From a virus (Duplodnaviria > Caudoviricetes), in the IMG/VR virus record IMGVR_UViG_3300020421_000016, positions 1 through 59,226 of that record: a stretch of 59,226 bases of DNA; one strand, written 5' to 3'. Shown piece by piece: positions 1 through 9,757 of this stretch. Under the pieces are notes generated by a model. That model made no database searches. It saw nothing but the letters and a program-made list of their open reading frames with translations, and was not told the DNA's origin. Each line of letters begins with the position of its first letter. Within the stretch, counting starts at the first letter, position 1. The translations under genes and the position numbers were made by a program.

Positions 1-17
1 TTTATTTTATCCTTTAT

Positions 18-1358
18 CTATCCTATTAGGTGACCGCTAAAGCCTGGATAATGTATTTGCCCACTCACATAGTTATTTGTCCATAGGCAAGTAACATAAT
101 CGCCAACGGCTAACTCACAGTTCATATGATGCACCATAGGCACACGATTTGTCTGTTGATTGAATTGCATATATGATTTTGTACTACCGTTTATGTTCAT
201 ATAAAACCAAAGGTATCCAGAACCAAAATCAGATGCCATACATTGAAACTCGAAGTGATATTTACCAGCTACAGGTGCCGTAAATCTACCATTACTTGCA
301 TTAAAATGACTACCGTTATTAAACGCATGATTAACACTTGTAGACCATACATTACCACTAGTCATTGTTTGAGTTCCAGTTGTAGTAATACTATGTGATC
401 TTGATCCCAACCATGAGAACGCTGGTATATAAGGCGTTGTTACATAACCGCCTGCAATCTTCATCATTTGAGTACCACCAATTTCAAAGTGTATATTATC
501 ACTAGCAGCATTTAATCCTAACTGTCCACCTGTACCTCTTATCCAGTTTGCTGTATTTGTTCCTGGTGTTCCTGTATTTCCTAAAGAAAGTCTTATTTGA
601 CTATCAGATGTTAAATCAAGGTATCCTGTTTCTTGCAGTTGCATTTTTGTTGACCACGTTATTGATGAATCAGCAACATCTGACACTGCTGTTTCCCATA
701 CATGATCTCCACCGTTTTGATAGTATCTAAGTGCATAATCATTAGTTAAACGTTGGTATGCACTACCGTTATAACGCCAGTTATTACCTAACTGAGTAGA
801 AGCAGATGTTGTTCCAACAAATCCAGTAGCTCCTAGCCTTAATCTTCCATCAAATACGGTACTCCAATTATCTAGATCGGACGTACCAATGCCAACTGTA
901 CCTTCAGAATCAATTGTTAATCTTCTAGTTGCAGTTCCACTTTGTGGCCTAGTATCTAAACCAATACCTCCCCAAGAAGCACCTTCAGCAGTTCCTTGAA
1001 TTCCTGAAAAAGGATTTAATGCACTAGATGCACCTGTTGCAAATCTAATAGACCCGCCATTTCCATTTGCAGTTGTTGTATCAGTAATAACAAGATGCCC
1101 CCAGTTATTATCATTTACATTGTTACCTTCAATAAGTGCCACTGTACCATACGGAGATCCACTTGACCAACCAGTATCTTTAATATGTGACCTTGCAAAA
1201 GGAGTAGTTGTTCCAGCACCTATATTACCTGCTGAATTTATATTTCCAGTTACACTAATTACATTACCAACAACTTGTATATTACCTGCATTATCTAAAA
1301 CTAATGCATCAGTGCTTGCATCTTCGTGTCTAATATTTTCTACTAATAATCTACTCAT
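18..1358 (-). CDS. Tail fibre / receptor-binding protein with C-terminal C1q-like domain
   Basis: 446-aa ORF with fibre-shaft repeats (GNIGAGTTTP, RLTIDSEGTVGIGT) and a C-terminal C1q signature (FNNGSHFNASNGRFTAPVAGKYHFEF...LAVGDYV...FSGHLIG). Confidence 0.8.
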   Translation of the reverse strand: MSRLLVENIRHEDASTDALVLDNAGNIQVVGNVISVTGNINSAGNIGAGTTTPFARSHIKDTGWSSGSPYGTVALIEGNNVNDNNWGHLVITDTTTANGNGGSIRFATGASSALNPFSGIQGTAEGASWGGIGLDTRPQSGTATRRLTIDSEGTVGIGTSDLDNWSTVFDGRLRLGATGFVGTTSASTQLGNNWRYNGSAYQRLTNDYALRYYQNGGDHVWETAVSDVADSSITWSTKMQLQETGYLDLTSDSQIRLSLGNTGTPGTNTANWIRGTGGQLGLNAASDNIHFEIGGTQMMKIAGGYVTTPYIPAFSWLGSRSHSITTTGTQTMTSGNVWSTSVNHAFNNGSHFNASNGRFTAPVAGKYHFEFQCMASDFGSGYLWFYMNINGSTKSYMQFNQQTNRVPMVHHMNCELAVGDYVTCLWTNNYVSGQIHYPGFSGHLIG

Positions 1359-1543
1359 GTTTCAAGTTCCCAATGATCTTCTACAAACACAAAATTCCAA
1401 CTTTGTCCACTGATACTATCAGTAAGTGTATATGTATCATTTTCTACAGGGTCAGTATCAAATACAATACTTCCGTTCATCCACATTAAAGCATATCTGT
1501 CTGTTGCATAATCTAGTGTACAATTATTTGTTTCGTCTGTCAT
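1355..1543 (-). CDS. Small hypothetical protein (62 aa)
   Basis: Fills the gap between two fibre genes with an ATGA overlap at 1355-1358. The ATG at 1543 (MTDETNN) avoids overlapping the upstream gene and follows AGGA. Confidence 0.55.
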   Translation of the reverse strand: MTDETNNCTLDYATDRYALMWMNGSIVFDTDPVENDTYTLTDSISGQSWNFVFVEDHWELET

Positions 1544-1551
1544 CTTTAATC

Positions 1552-3216
1552 CTAAGTATGTGTAATATTTGATGGTGTACCATAATAGCATCTTATAGTT
1601 AATGTACTATGACTATAACTACCACTTCCATAATTTTCATCTATATGTAATCTTCCATTTGGACTACCACTACCACCGCTATGGTCAGTTGCACTAATAC
1701 TTAAACCTATGGACCAGGTATTACCACTGTCATGATAAGGTGTCCAAGTGTGAGTAGTATGGTTGTTTGCCCACTTACCCTTAATAAATCTGTGAATATC
1801 TGATCCACCATTTGTTTGGTGACTTGTATAAGTAACATCTGCCATAAAATAACTTGCACAGTACAAGTATGTGTCATGATCTGAATTACCACCCCAAGTA
1901 TATTGATATTCTGTATATGCTGGAGTTTGTTTAACTATACCGCCACCAAATCCTGTACCACTATTTTGAAATGTTTGGTCACTGTCTAATCTAATTGCAC
2001 CATCTATATGTAAATGGCGTGCTGGACTTGTAACATTAATACCAACATTGCCGTTGTCCATTAATGTCATCCTTGCATCGGATAGTGTAGCTTCACTACT
2101 ATCATTATTTGAATCCATTAAAAAATGGAATTTGCCTCTGGAATAACCTTGGTTTATTCCTTCTGCTACAATAGCCATTTTATTCCTACTACCATATCCT
2201 TCAGGATCAAACCCAATTCCAGCTGCATAAGATGCTACGTGGCTTGATCCACCGACACTAATTGGATAATGAACACTAGAGGCATCTGTGGACGATTCTC
2301 TTACTTGTAATTTTTGTTGTGGACCTGAAGTACCAATACCAACATTACCATCATATCGAACTGTAAACAAATCTCCTAGATAATTTGTACCACTAGTCAT
2401 TTCTCCTACACCAAAAAGTGAACCAGTTGAACTTGCGTCTGCTGGCCCAAATGCTCTTACACCATACTCGTTTGAAATGCTAAACCCTGTTCTTGAATTG
2501 CCATTTTGTCTAAGCAATAATACTTGTGCACCGGTATTGGTAACTCCAAAATCTAAAGGTGCTTGTGGATCTAACTCATTAATACCAACTTTATTATTTC
2601 GTATAACTAGATTACTAGCACCACTGCCGCCCATATGTATGCCATCAGTATGATAAGATGTTATTAAAAGTTTCCTATTAGCATCAGCTTCGATTCTGTG
2701 GTTAGTACCGTCCCATAAGCCTAAATTTAATTGAGCTGAACCGTCTATTAATTTAATTCTACTAGTGTTAAGAGAACCATTTAATTCTAATCCTACTGTA
2801 GCATCAATACCATCACCAATACCAACACCATTATCTGATACTCTCATACGTTCTGCACTGCCAGTAGCAAAGCGTATATCTGTAGCTCGCATGCCCATTG
2901 CAACATTGGCACTACCTGCTGTGTTCATTGCTTGAAATCCTGCTACATTTCCAATTTCGCCTATACCACCTTGAAAGGCTATTCGCTTGTCAGTGCCAAT
3001 TCTAATATCTACACCATTATCTCCGCCTTCAAAAATAACATCTTCTGTAAAAGTTGTTACTGTGTTGCTGGTTACAACATTGTTTACATCTAGTGTTGTT
3101 GCGGAACCAGTGCTGGTTATAACTTTGCTTAAATCAATAGTAGTACTACCAGCGGCATCTGGTGCTACTAGATCTATATATCCGCTTACATCGCCTTTGA
3201 TTCTTAAATCTGCCAT
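1552..3216 (-). CDS. Tail fibre protein
   Basis: Repeated shaft motifs (ERMRVSDNGVGIG, GNVGIGTSGP, GNVGINVTSP). Start placed at 3216 (MADLRIKG) because it forms a TAATG overlap with the upstream stop. Confidence 0.75.
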   Translation of the reverse strand: MADLRIKGDVSGYIDLVAPDAAGSTTIDLSKVITSTGSATTLDVNNVVTSNTVTTFTEDVIFEGGDNGVDIRIGTDKRIAFQGGIGEIGNVAGFQAMNTAGSANVAMGMRATDIRFATGSAERMRVSDNGVGIGDGIDATVGLELNGSLNTSRIKLIDGSAQLNLGLWDGTNHRIEADANRKLLITSYHTDGIHMGGSGASNLVIRNNKVGINELDPQAPLDFGVTNTGAQVLLLRQNGNSRTGFSISNEYGVRAFGPADASSTGSLFGVGEMTSGTNYLGDLFTVRYDGNVGIGTSGPQQKLQVRESSTDASSVHYPISVGGSSHVASYAAGIGFDPEGYGSRNKMAIVAEGINQGYSRGKFHFLMDSNNDSSEATLSDARMTLMDNGNVGINVTSPARHLHIDGAIRLDSDQTFQNSGTGFGGGIVKQTPAYTEYQYTWGGNSDHDTYLYCASYFMADVTYTSHQTNGGSDIHRFIKGKWANNHTTHTWTPYHDSGNTWSIGLSISATDHSGGSGSPNGRLHIDENYGSGSYSHSTLTIRCYYGTPSNITHT

Positions 3217-5441
3217 TATACTATTACCCACCTGCTTCCACTACTTATAGTGACTGTTGCACCACTGTCAATTGTTACTGGACCTGCAGCCATTGCACTA
3301 TCACCAACAGCAATAGTGTAGTTTTCTGTTACTGTTTGACTGTTTACAAAAAACGGTTGTGATGTACGTACTCTGGTTGTTACTAAATCTCCGGTCATAG
3401 TATCGCCAGTTTTACTTACCTTTGTTGCAATATTATTTGCAGTTGTTGTTGCAAAATTAGGATCGTCTCCCAATGCCGCAGCCAACTCGTTTAAAGTATC
3501 AAGTGTTGTTGGCGCACTATCAGTAATAGTTGCAATAATATTTGTAGCAGTATCATATCCGTTATTTGATAGATATGTACCTACATCACTGTTTGTATAG
3601 CCTGGTTGTCCGTCTAATGTAAGTGTTCCTGCTACTGCATCATAAGTTGCTGTAATATTATTTCCACCTACAATTAAATTATCTACATCTGCATCAGTAT
3701 AACCAGGTTGTCCATCTAGTGTCAATGTACCAGCTGCATCGTCATAAGTTGCTGTAATGTTGTTGCCACCTACTACTAAACTGGCTACACGGTCATCTAC
3801 ACGTTCATTTGTTAAAAATAAATTTGTTGTACCTTCTGTTAAGTCATCACTGTTGCTTGCACCTGCTTGTTGCCAAGCAGTGCCGTCCCAAATATAAAGG
3901 ATGTTATTGTCTGTAGCAAACGCCTGGTCTCCTGCGTTATTACCAGTAAGTGGCAAATATGTACTGTCGTCATATACATTAACCTTAGCAACTACAGTGC
4001 TACCATCTTCCACAACTAATTCTGCTGTACCAGCAACTTCTCTAATCTTGTTTTCGAACGAAGGTGTATTCTCTACATAAGTTGCTAAGTCCTGTGGTAC
4101 AAACTTATTTGTTCCTGCATCATATACAAGACACATCTGATTAACTAATGATGGGATAGGACGTATCTCTACTGGAGTCTTGTGTCCTTCTTGTGTATGC
4201 TGGAAGTATACTACATAGTTACCGTTATTATTTGTCTCAACTGCAAGGTCCTTGATAGTAATTGCACCACGCATGCTACTATGATTACCACATTGGTAAT
4301 ATAATGTATCTGGTGCATTACTTGGTACTACAAAAGTAACATTGCCACTATCTGATCTTGAACCTGTAACACCAGTTGTGTACTCTCCAAAGTAAGTACC
4401 TGCGCTATAATTTGTTCCGTTGTCTGTTGTTAGGTAGAACGGGTGTCCACTTGCATTGACACTAAACGTATATGTACCACCTCTATATACAGGTCCTAAG
4501 TTTGGATTATCTCCACTTGCTGGACCACTAAAAGTGTAAGCACCATTTGCATTGTTTGTTACAGTGTATGTAACACTTGGATTAGTTAGGGTTGGTGGTG
4601 TAACAGTTGCCGGTACATTAACACTTATACGTTGTACATTTGTTGCAGTTCCGCCGTTAATACTAGGATGTGTGTCACTAATAGGATTACTAGGATTATC
4701 TGTTGCCCAACTTACAAGGTTGTCCGTTCCTGAACCATCTACCCATTTCAAATACAAACTATGTGTTTGAGTCATGTTGCCATGAGTTGTGTAAGCCGCA
4801 AAGTTATTAACTGTATATGTTCCTTGTTTATATAAAGGAACACTTACTTCCGGCGAATTTGTAATAGTTCTACGTGCATAAGGAAGTGTGCTTTGCTCCC
4901 ATGTCCATAGCCAGGCTGTGTCTTGTCCAGCCGCTGGAGCATCAACTTGTATTTCTAGTGTTTCTGGTGCAATACTTAAATTAACGTCAGGAATATTATC
5001 CTGTGTAATTTGTCTAGTGCCTAGTTGTATACTACTGCCACTTAAATATAGATCTCTAAATTTATAGGTACTGCTTCCTAAATCATACGCAACGTCTGTA
5101 TCTGGTATAATATCACCACTTACATTGCCCAATTTAGTTTGTACACGGGCATCAGTATAATAAAGGTTGTTTGTACCCTCAGTAATTTCATCTGTGTTGT
5201 CAACGCCTTGTACTGCGCTGTCTACATACGATTCAGTTGCATAACTGTTTGTTGTGAGATAGGTGTTTACACGAGCATCTGTGTAAAATTTATTAGTACC
5301 TTCTATTAAGGTATCAGTATCAATAGTAGTACTATTGATAATACTTTTCCATGCACCGCTGGTGCTGTCATAAAACCAGCGACGGCCTTTTTCATTATGA
5401 ATGTCGCCATTGGTAGGGGTAGTTGGAAAGTTTACTGCCAT
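3216..5441 (-). CDS. Virion fibre/structural protein with cupredoxin-like domain
   Basis: 741 aa with MAVNFPTTP N-terminus, TDxLTEGTxNLYYTDAR repeats, APTTLDTLNELAAALGDDPNFATT fibre motif and GHPFYL...YYQCGNHSSM. Confidence 0.75.
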   Translation of the reverse strand: MAVNFPTTPTNGDIHNEKGRRWFYDSTSGAWKSIINSTTIDTDTLIEGTNKFYTDARVNTYLTTNSYATESYVDSAVQGVDNTDEITEGTNNLYYTDARVQTKLGNVSGDIIPDTDVAYDLGSSTYKFRDLYLSGSSIQLGTRQITQDNIPDVNLSIAPETLEIQVDAPAAGQDTAWLWTWEQSTLPYARRTITNSPEVSVPLYKQGTYTVNNFAAYTTHGNMTQTHSLYLKWVDGSGTDNLVSWATDNPSNPISDTHPSINGGTATNVQRISVNVPATVTPPTLTNPSVTYTVTNNANGAYTFSGPASGDNPNLGPVYRGGTYTFSVNASGHPFYLTTDNGTNYSAGTYFGEYTTGVTGSRSDSGNVTFVVPSNAPDTLYYQCGNHSSMRGAITIKDLAVETNNNGNYVVYFQHTQEGHKTPVEIRPIPSLVNQMCLVYDAGTNKFVPQDLATYVENTPSFENKIREVAGTAELVVEDGSTVVAKVNVYDDSTYLPLTGNNAGDQAFATDNNILYIWDGTAWQQAGASNSDDLTEGTTNLFLTNERVDDRVASLVVGGNNITATYDDAAGTLTLDGQPGYTDADVDNLIVGGNNITATYDAVAGTLTLDGQPGYTNSDVGTYLSNNGYDTATNIIATITDSAPTTLDTLNELAAALGDDPNFATTTANNIATKVSKTGDTMTGDLVTTRVRTSQPFFVNSQTVTENYTIAVGDSAMAAGPVTIDSGATVTISSGSRWVIV
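3595..3780 (-). repeat. Intragenic tandem repeat, 102-bp (34-aa) period, 2 copies
   Basis: LxVGGNNITATYDxxAGTLTLDGQPGYT occurs twice. The homologous gene at 12067..16134 has one copy. Confidence 0.8.
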
Positions 5442-5469
5442 TGTGTAATAATCCTATCGTTATTACACT

Positions 5470-5476
5470 TATTTAT
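5470..5476 (-). promoter_or_regulatory. Putative late promoter (ATAAATA)
   Basis: T4 late-promoter-like (TATAAATA) motif in the short intergenic gap upstream of the start at 5441. Confidence 0.65.
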
Positions 5477-5479
5477 GCT

Positions 5480-6520
5480 CTATAGCAGGAGTGTAAGTCC
5501 TCCAGCACCAATTACTAAACCTCCCCACATGCCTAATATTGTAATATAATATCTAAGTTTTGTACCAAAATACAGCATGCCAATTGTAACGCATTTGTGC
5601 ATTGGACTAATAAGATAACCCACAAAGTCAACAGCAAAAAACCAAGGTAAATATTCTATTCCGTAAATGCTTGCAAGTATAACAGTAATAGCACCAAATC
5701 TACTGCTTGACCCCAGTGCAAACGCACCTGCAAAACTAAACAAACTCAGCAGTGTAAATCCAGATACTGTTTGTATATCTAGCCCTGTGTTACCTAAAAA
5801 CTCTTTAATTTCGTTTGTGTTTGTTCTTGCAAAGTTTGCCGCTATAATAATTAATGCAACCCAACCAATCAGTTTCCAATCTACAAAACGCAACAATTTA
5901 GGAATATCAAATGTACGTGTAACAAACATATAATATACTGTAAGACTACCAAACGCCCATAAAAAATCTATACCGTATATTATTGCGGCAACACCTGCAA
6001 TATAAGGTAATACATAACGTGTAATTCTACTTACTTTGATTTCCTTGCCTGCGCTGTTTAGTTCTACATCAGATTCTTTTACACCCCAAATTAAATATGC
6101 AAGTATAAATGCAACTGACACTGCTAACAAAGGCCACAACATACCCATTAATTGTGCGTATGTCAAGCCAAAAGCGGCCATGGGTAGAATAATAGTTTTT
6201 TCCAGTGGGCTCCAAAAGTAATAATGATGTGTACTTACATAGTCAATAGGGCCAAACTTTTCTCTACCACAACAACCTTTGTCAGGTGCAAGTGTTTCTA
6301 GTAGTCCTGCACTGACTGTAACTCTGCCTTTGATAGGTAGTAATCCAGTAATTGCACTTACAATTGCAACGACTGCTTTTTTACTTTTTAAGTTTTGCTG
6401 GAAGAAACAAAACACATCATCAAACAATTTGTTTTCTTTTACCATTCCTGCAATCATCATTACAAAAACAATTAAGAACAAGTACACTTGTCCTTTTAAA
6501 ATTAAATCTATGTATTCCAT
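5480..6520 (-). CDS. Polytopic membrane protein, DUF401/ion-transporter-superfamily-like
   Basis: 346 aa with many hydrophobic segments. The C-terminal GYLISPMHKC...YFG resembles the SPxHxC motif I associate with DUF401. Confidence 0.55.
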   Translation of the reverse strand: MEYIDLILKGQVYLFLIVFVMMIAGMVKENKLFDDVFCFFQQNLKSKKAVVAIVSAITGLLPIKGRVTVSAGLLETLAPDKGCCGREKFGPIDYVSTHHYYFWSPLEKTIILPMAAFGLTYAQLMGMLWPLLAVSVAFILAYLIWGVKESDVELNSAGKEIKVSRITRYVLPYIAGVAAIIYGIDFLWAFGSLTVYYMFVTRTFDIPKLLRFVDWKLIGWVALIIIAANFARTNTNEIKEFLGNTGLDIQTVSGFTLLSLFSFAGAFALGSSSRFGAITVILASIYGIEYLPWFFAVDFVGYLISPMHKCVTIGMLYFGTKLRYYITILGMWGGLVIGAGGLTLLL

Positions 6521-6521
6521 A

Positions 6522-8156
6522 TTATCTCTTTTCTATTATAGCTATATAAAGCCCATTCCACCACTGCGTGGCATCTTCTACATCATTTATCAGTATTTTT
6601 TCATACCGTAAATATAATCCAGCATCTAGTATACCTTTTTGTGCACCTTGTACAACACCATTAAAGTTGGCATCATCTACAATAATTATTGCTTGGTCAG
6701 CTAATGCATCTTTATAATAATTTATTGCACGACAAGTTGTTTCCGCATCATGTGGACCATCATAAAAGAATAAGTCCACTGGTTCTATTTGACTAACATC
6801 AACATCAAACATATGACTATTAAATAGTTTAATGTCTGCTTGCTCATGTTTGTACTTCTTTATATTTTTTATAAAAACTTCTTTACTGTTGGGAGGTAAC
6901 TGTATGTCGTCTCTAAATGCATCTACATCCTGTGCCCAGTTATCTACAAAGTATGCTTTAACTGGATTTTTAACTACTGCGCATCCTGTTGCACCCAAAT
7001 AGCAACCAACTTCTAAATAACTATCAACATGTCTAGTTAAGTAGTTTAGAAAACGCTGTACACGTTTACTAGTCAACCCTGGTACTTGATATATTTTTAA
7101 GTCGGGCTCGTTAACACTATCAGCTAATCCATTTACAATTAAATCTTCGATGTTGTCAACATGTTCACCATTTTTTGCTGTGTAAAGTTTATCACATTTA
7201 TTACAATCCCAACAATCAAATTTACAGTTTTTAATAAACTGACGCCAAGCATTAATGGGTTTGCCTTGTAAGTTTGTATTTTCCAAATAAGGATTAAAAT
7301 CGTCAAACAGTATTTCCTGATTACGTTTATATCTATCTATAATACTGATTGTGTTTGCTGTTTGTTCAACACTTTCTCTACCATGCATTTTAAATATATC
7401 AACATATTCTAATAGTTCTACCCAATCTTCTCGCCATGGTGGAATGTTTGCAGTTTTTAATGCTGTACTGGGATCAGTAATATCCCATTTGGGACAACTT
7501 ATTCTACTAATGGGATCCGTAAAGTATTGAGAACCAGCTACTCGATTATTATTAAACTCAAAGTGTTCTGACATTACAGGACACCCTCCCAAGCATCCTT
7601 CATTTGCTAACAGAGCAATCTTAATACCATATTTTTCTTTGACACGTTTAATTTTTTTAAGTGTGTCACGATCACGCATTAAGTCTCTGTCTATATTAAT
7701 GTAATGAAATCCTGCTTCCGCTTGCTTTGCAATATCGCTGGCTGTGTTGACTTCTCTAAGTATTGTATTTTTAATTTGTAACTCTGGAAATGCTTTTTGT
7801 ATTTGACCAGTCATTACCCAGTGGGTATGTGGTATAGTAGCACTGCGTATACCTCTACTATACAAAGGTGCAAACTGTGTAATCCAAGTATCTAAATTTT
7901 TCTGTGTTGGTGGTACAGTAGTGTTGTTAAATGTCGCACTTAATTGTACTCCGGTTTCTTTCTGGAGTATTAGCGCATTTTCAATTAAGTCTCCTATATC
8001 ATTTACAAATAAGTCGCCCATTGCATCTTGTAAAAAAGGTGCGATACGACATGTAAAATACACATCATATATTAGATCACGATGATCCTTTATGAATTTT
8101 ACTAAGACATTAAATTGATTCTGGTTTAATTTTGGGTTTAGCGGAATGCTGAACAT
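6522..8156 (-). CDS. Fusion: peptidase-U32-like (Fe-S) domain plus class I SAM-dependent methyltransferase (Methyltransf_24-like)
   Basis: N-terminal part has INIDRDLMRD, LLANEGCLGGCP, DIFKMHGRE (U32 FKIEGR-like) and CKFDCWDCNKC. C-terminal part has YLEVGCYLGAT, DLFFYDGPH and IIIVDD. Confidence 0.7.
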   Translation of the reverse strand: MFSIPLNPKLNQNQFNVLVKFIKDHRDLIYDVYFTCRIAPFLQDAMGDLFVNDIGDLIENALILQKETGVQLSATFNNTTVPPTQKNLDTWITQFAPLYSRGIRSATIPHTHWVMTGQIQKAFPELQIKNTILREVNTASDIAKQAEAGFHYINIDRDLMRDRDTLKKIKRVKEKYGIKIALLANEGCLGGCPVMSEHFEFNNNRVAGSQYFTDPISRISCPKWDITDPSTALKTANIPPWREDWVELLEYVDIFKMHGRESVEQTANTISIIDRYKRNQEILFDDFNPYLENTNLQGKPINAWRQFIKNCKFDCWDCNKCDKLYTAKNGEHVDNIEDLIVNGLADSVNEPDLKIYQVPGLTSKRVQRFLNYLTRHVDSYLEVGCYLGATGCAVVKNPVKAYFVDNWAQDVDAFRDDIQLPPNSKEVFIKNIKKYKHEQADIKLFNSHMFDVDVSQIEPVDLFFYDGPHDAETTCRAINYYKDALADQAIIIVDDANFNGVVQGAQKGILDAGLYLRYEKILINDVEDATQWWNGLYIAIIEKR

Positions 8157-8910
8157 CGTTAATTAATTCTTCTACCATTAGTTTATCAGTGACATTTGGA
8201 ATATCATACTTGGGAAGGTTATTTTGTTGTTCTAATAGTCCATTAGAAACTGCTTCTCCAATTTTTGCCATACCTTCACTTAAACGTTGTGTATATTGTA
8301 GTGTACGAGCAAGTGTTGCAACTTGTGCTTCGTCATCCATCATAGCAATGCTATCTAAATTACCAGTTCCAATTCTGCCTGAACTCATCATATCCATTGC
8401 GGCTTGTTTTGACATACGTGCAATCCAATATTCACGTTCTTCTTCTTCATCATAACCATATGCTTTTTGCAATAGCGTATTGTCGTCTTTTGCAATCTCT
8501 TTAGCTAATTCCATAAACGTAACAACTTCTTCAGCAGCTTGTTTAATTTTTCGATCCCAAACATCAATATCATGTTGCATTGATTCAATGTCTACTAAAA
8601 TTAATTCTTTCTCCAGTTCTTCATCTGTTTCATCATGTCGCTTTTGTGCAATTTTAATTTCAACTCTTTTACGTTTGAGTTTATTTTTCATATCAAAATA
8701 ACTCTGATGTCTTGCTTCTAGTTCCAGCAAGCATTGTTTTAACATTCGATATGGTGTCAATTGACTATTTGCAACGAAAAATTTACTTTGAAATGTACTC
8801 TGTCCACTGTTTAAATTTAACGCACCAGATAGTATTTCTTTTTCTTTTTCATTAAAATTAAAGTTATTTTCAAAGTCAGAGTCTGGTTTAATTACTGGGT
8901 ATTCTTCCAT
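8110..8910 (-). CDS. Hypothetical coiled-coil protein
   Basis: 266 aa with an E/K-rich helical core. Strong SD (AGGAGG) upstream at about 8915-8921. Confidence 0.7.
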   Translation of the reverse strand: MEEYPVIKPDSDFENNFNFNEKEKEILSGALNLNSGQSTFQSKFFVANSQLTPYRMLKQCLLELEARHQSYFDMKNKLKRKRVEIKIAQKRHDETDEELEKELILVDIESMQHDIDVWDRKIKQAAEEVVTFMELAKEIAKDDNTLLQKAYGYDEEEEREYWIARMSKQAAMDMMSSGRIGTGNLDSIAMMDDEAQVATLARTLQYTQRLSEGMAKIGEAVSNGLLEQQNNLPKYDIPNVTDKLMVEELINDVQHSAKPKIKPESI

Positions 8911-8922
8911 ATTTTCCTCCTT

Positions 8923-9747
8923 TTAAAAATTTAGTTTATTTCCGTAACGTGGATTATTTATATCCCACATTTTTTTACCGTCCTCGTCATAGAAGATTCT
9001 TGCACCATGCTCGTCTTGTGTTCCCATCTCTGCACTTTGAAATGCAGGAACCATGATACCAAAATACTCCTCGTACAATAAATTCATATCCCACACTGTA
9101 TTTGCAATTTCGAACTTTTTAAGCAATGTTTGATATTTGACTAGTTCTGTACTTAGACGATCCTGATACTCTTCAGCCTTCTGTAGTATTTTAACAGCTA
9201 GAGCTGTTTTGTCAAGACTTTTTTGTGTTGACAAGTAATCTAAAAATGGAGTAACATGATCTGGATCTGCTCCATATGTTAGCCATTCTCTAGCTTCATG
9301 TTTTTGTATTTCCCAACTTGCTTGTTCAAGTTCAGTAGTATTACGTATACGTGCAAATCTAAAATTGTATTCTGTTTCAATAATCTCTTTGGCAAACTTA
9401 TACATAAATGCAACAATATGATCACGAATTTCGTCAGTTATTGTAAACTGTATTTTTTCGCTTTCTGGTATGCCAACTGTTTCGTGCATCATACTTTCAG
9501 GATTCATAATCTTAACTGTATCACGTACTTCACTAAAAAATAAACTACCAAATTTTGCTTCATCTTCTGTTACTTCTTCGTAACCCACTGGGATAAGTGG
9601 ATAGATTGTATCAAACAATGGCTCTGCTATCTCAACACAGCTTAAATCAAAAAGTGTGTATAAGTCTCTGCAATACATTGTTGCATCTGCACCACTCATA
9701 CTAAAGTATGGACGTAGTGGTTCTGTTTTTGTAATAATATATTTCAT
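8923..9747 (-). CDS. Hypothetical protein resembling tail-fibre-associated (assembly-type) helical proteins
   Basis: 274 aa. EQASWEIQKHEAREW...TPFLDYL...LAVKILQKA resembles the ExxxWxxQxxEA...TPxL...KIxxKA pattern of fibre-neighbour proteins. Confidence 0.5.
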   Translation of the reverse strand: MKYIITKTEPLRPYFSMSGADATMYCRDLYTLFDLSCVEIAEPLFDTIYPLIPVGYEEVTEDEAKFGSLFFSEVRDTVKIMNPESMMHETVGIPESEKIQFTITDEIRDHIVAFMYKFAKEIIETEYNFRFARIRNTTELEQASWEIQKHEAREWLTYGADPDHVTPFLDYLSTQKSLDKTALAVKILQKAEEYQDRLSTELVKYQTLLKKFEIANTVWDMNLLYEEYFGIMVPAFQSAEMGTQDEHGARIFYDEDGKKMWDINNPRYGNKLNF

Positions 9748-9757
9748 CGTATTTTTC

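Noticed and set aside
6522-8156. Collagenase/protease function for the U32-like domain
   Set aside because: That is a legacy family name. Characterised members are Fe-S hydroxylation factors, and the Cys clusters plus the methyltransferase fusion fit modification chemistry better.
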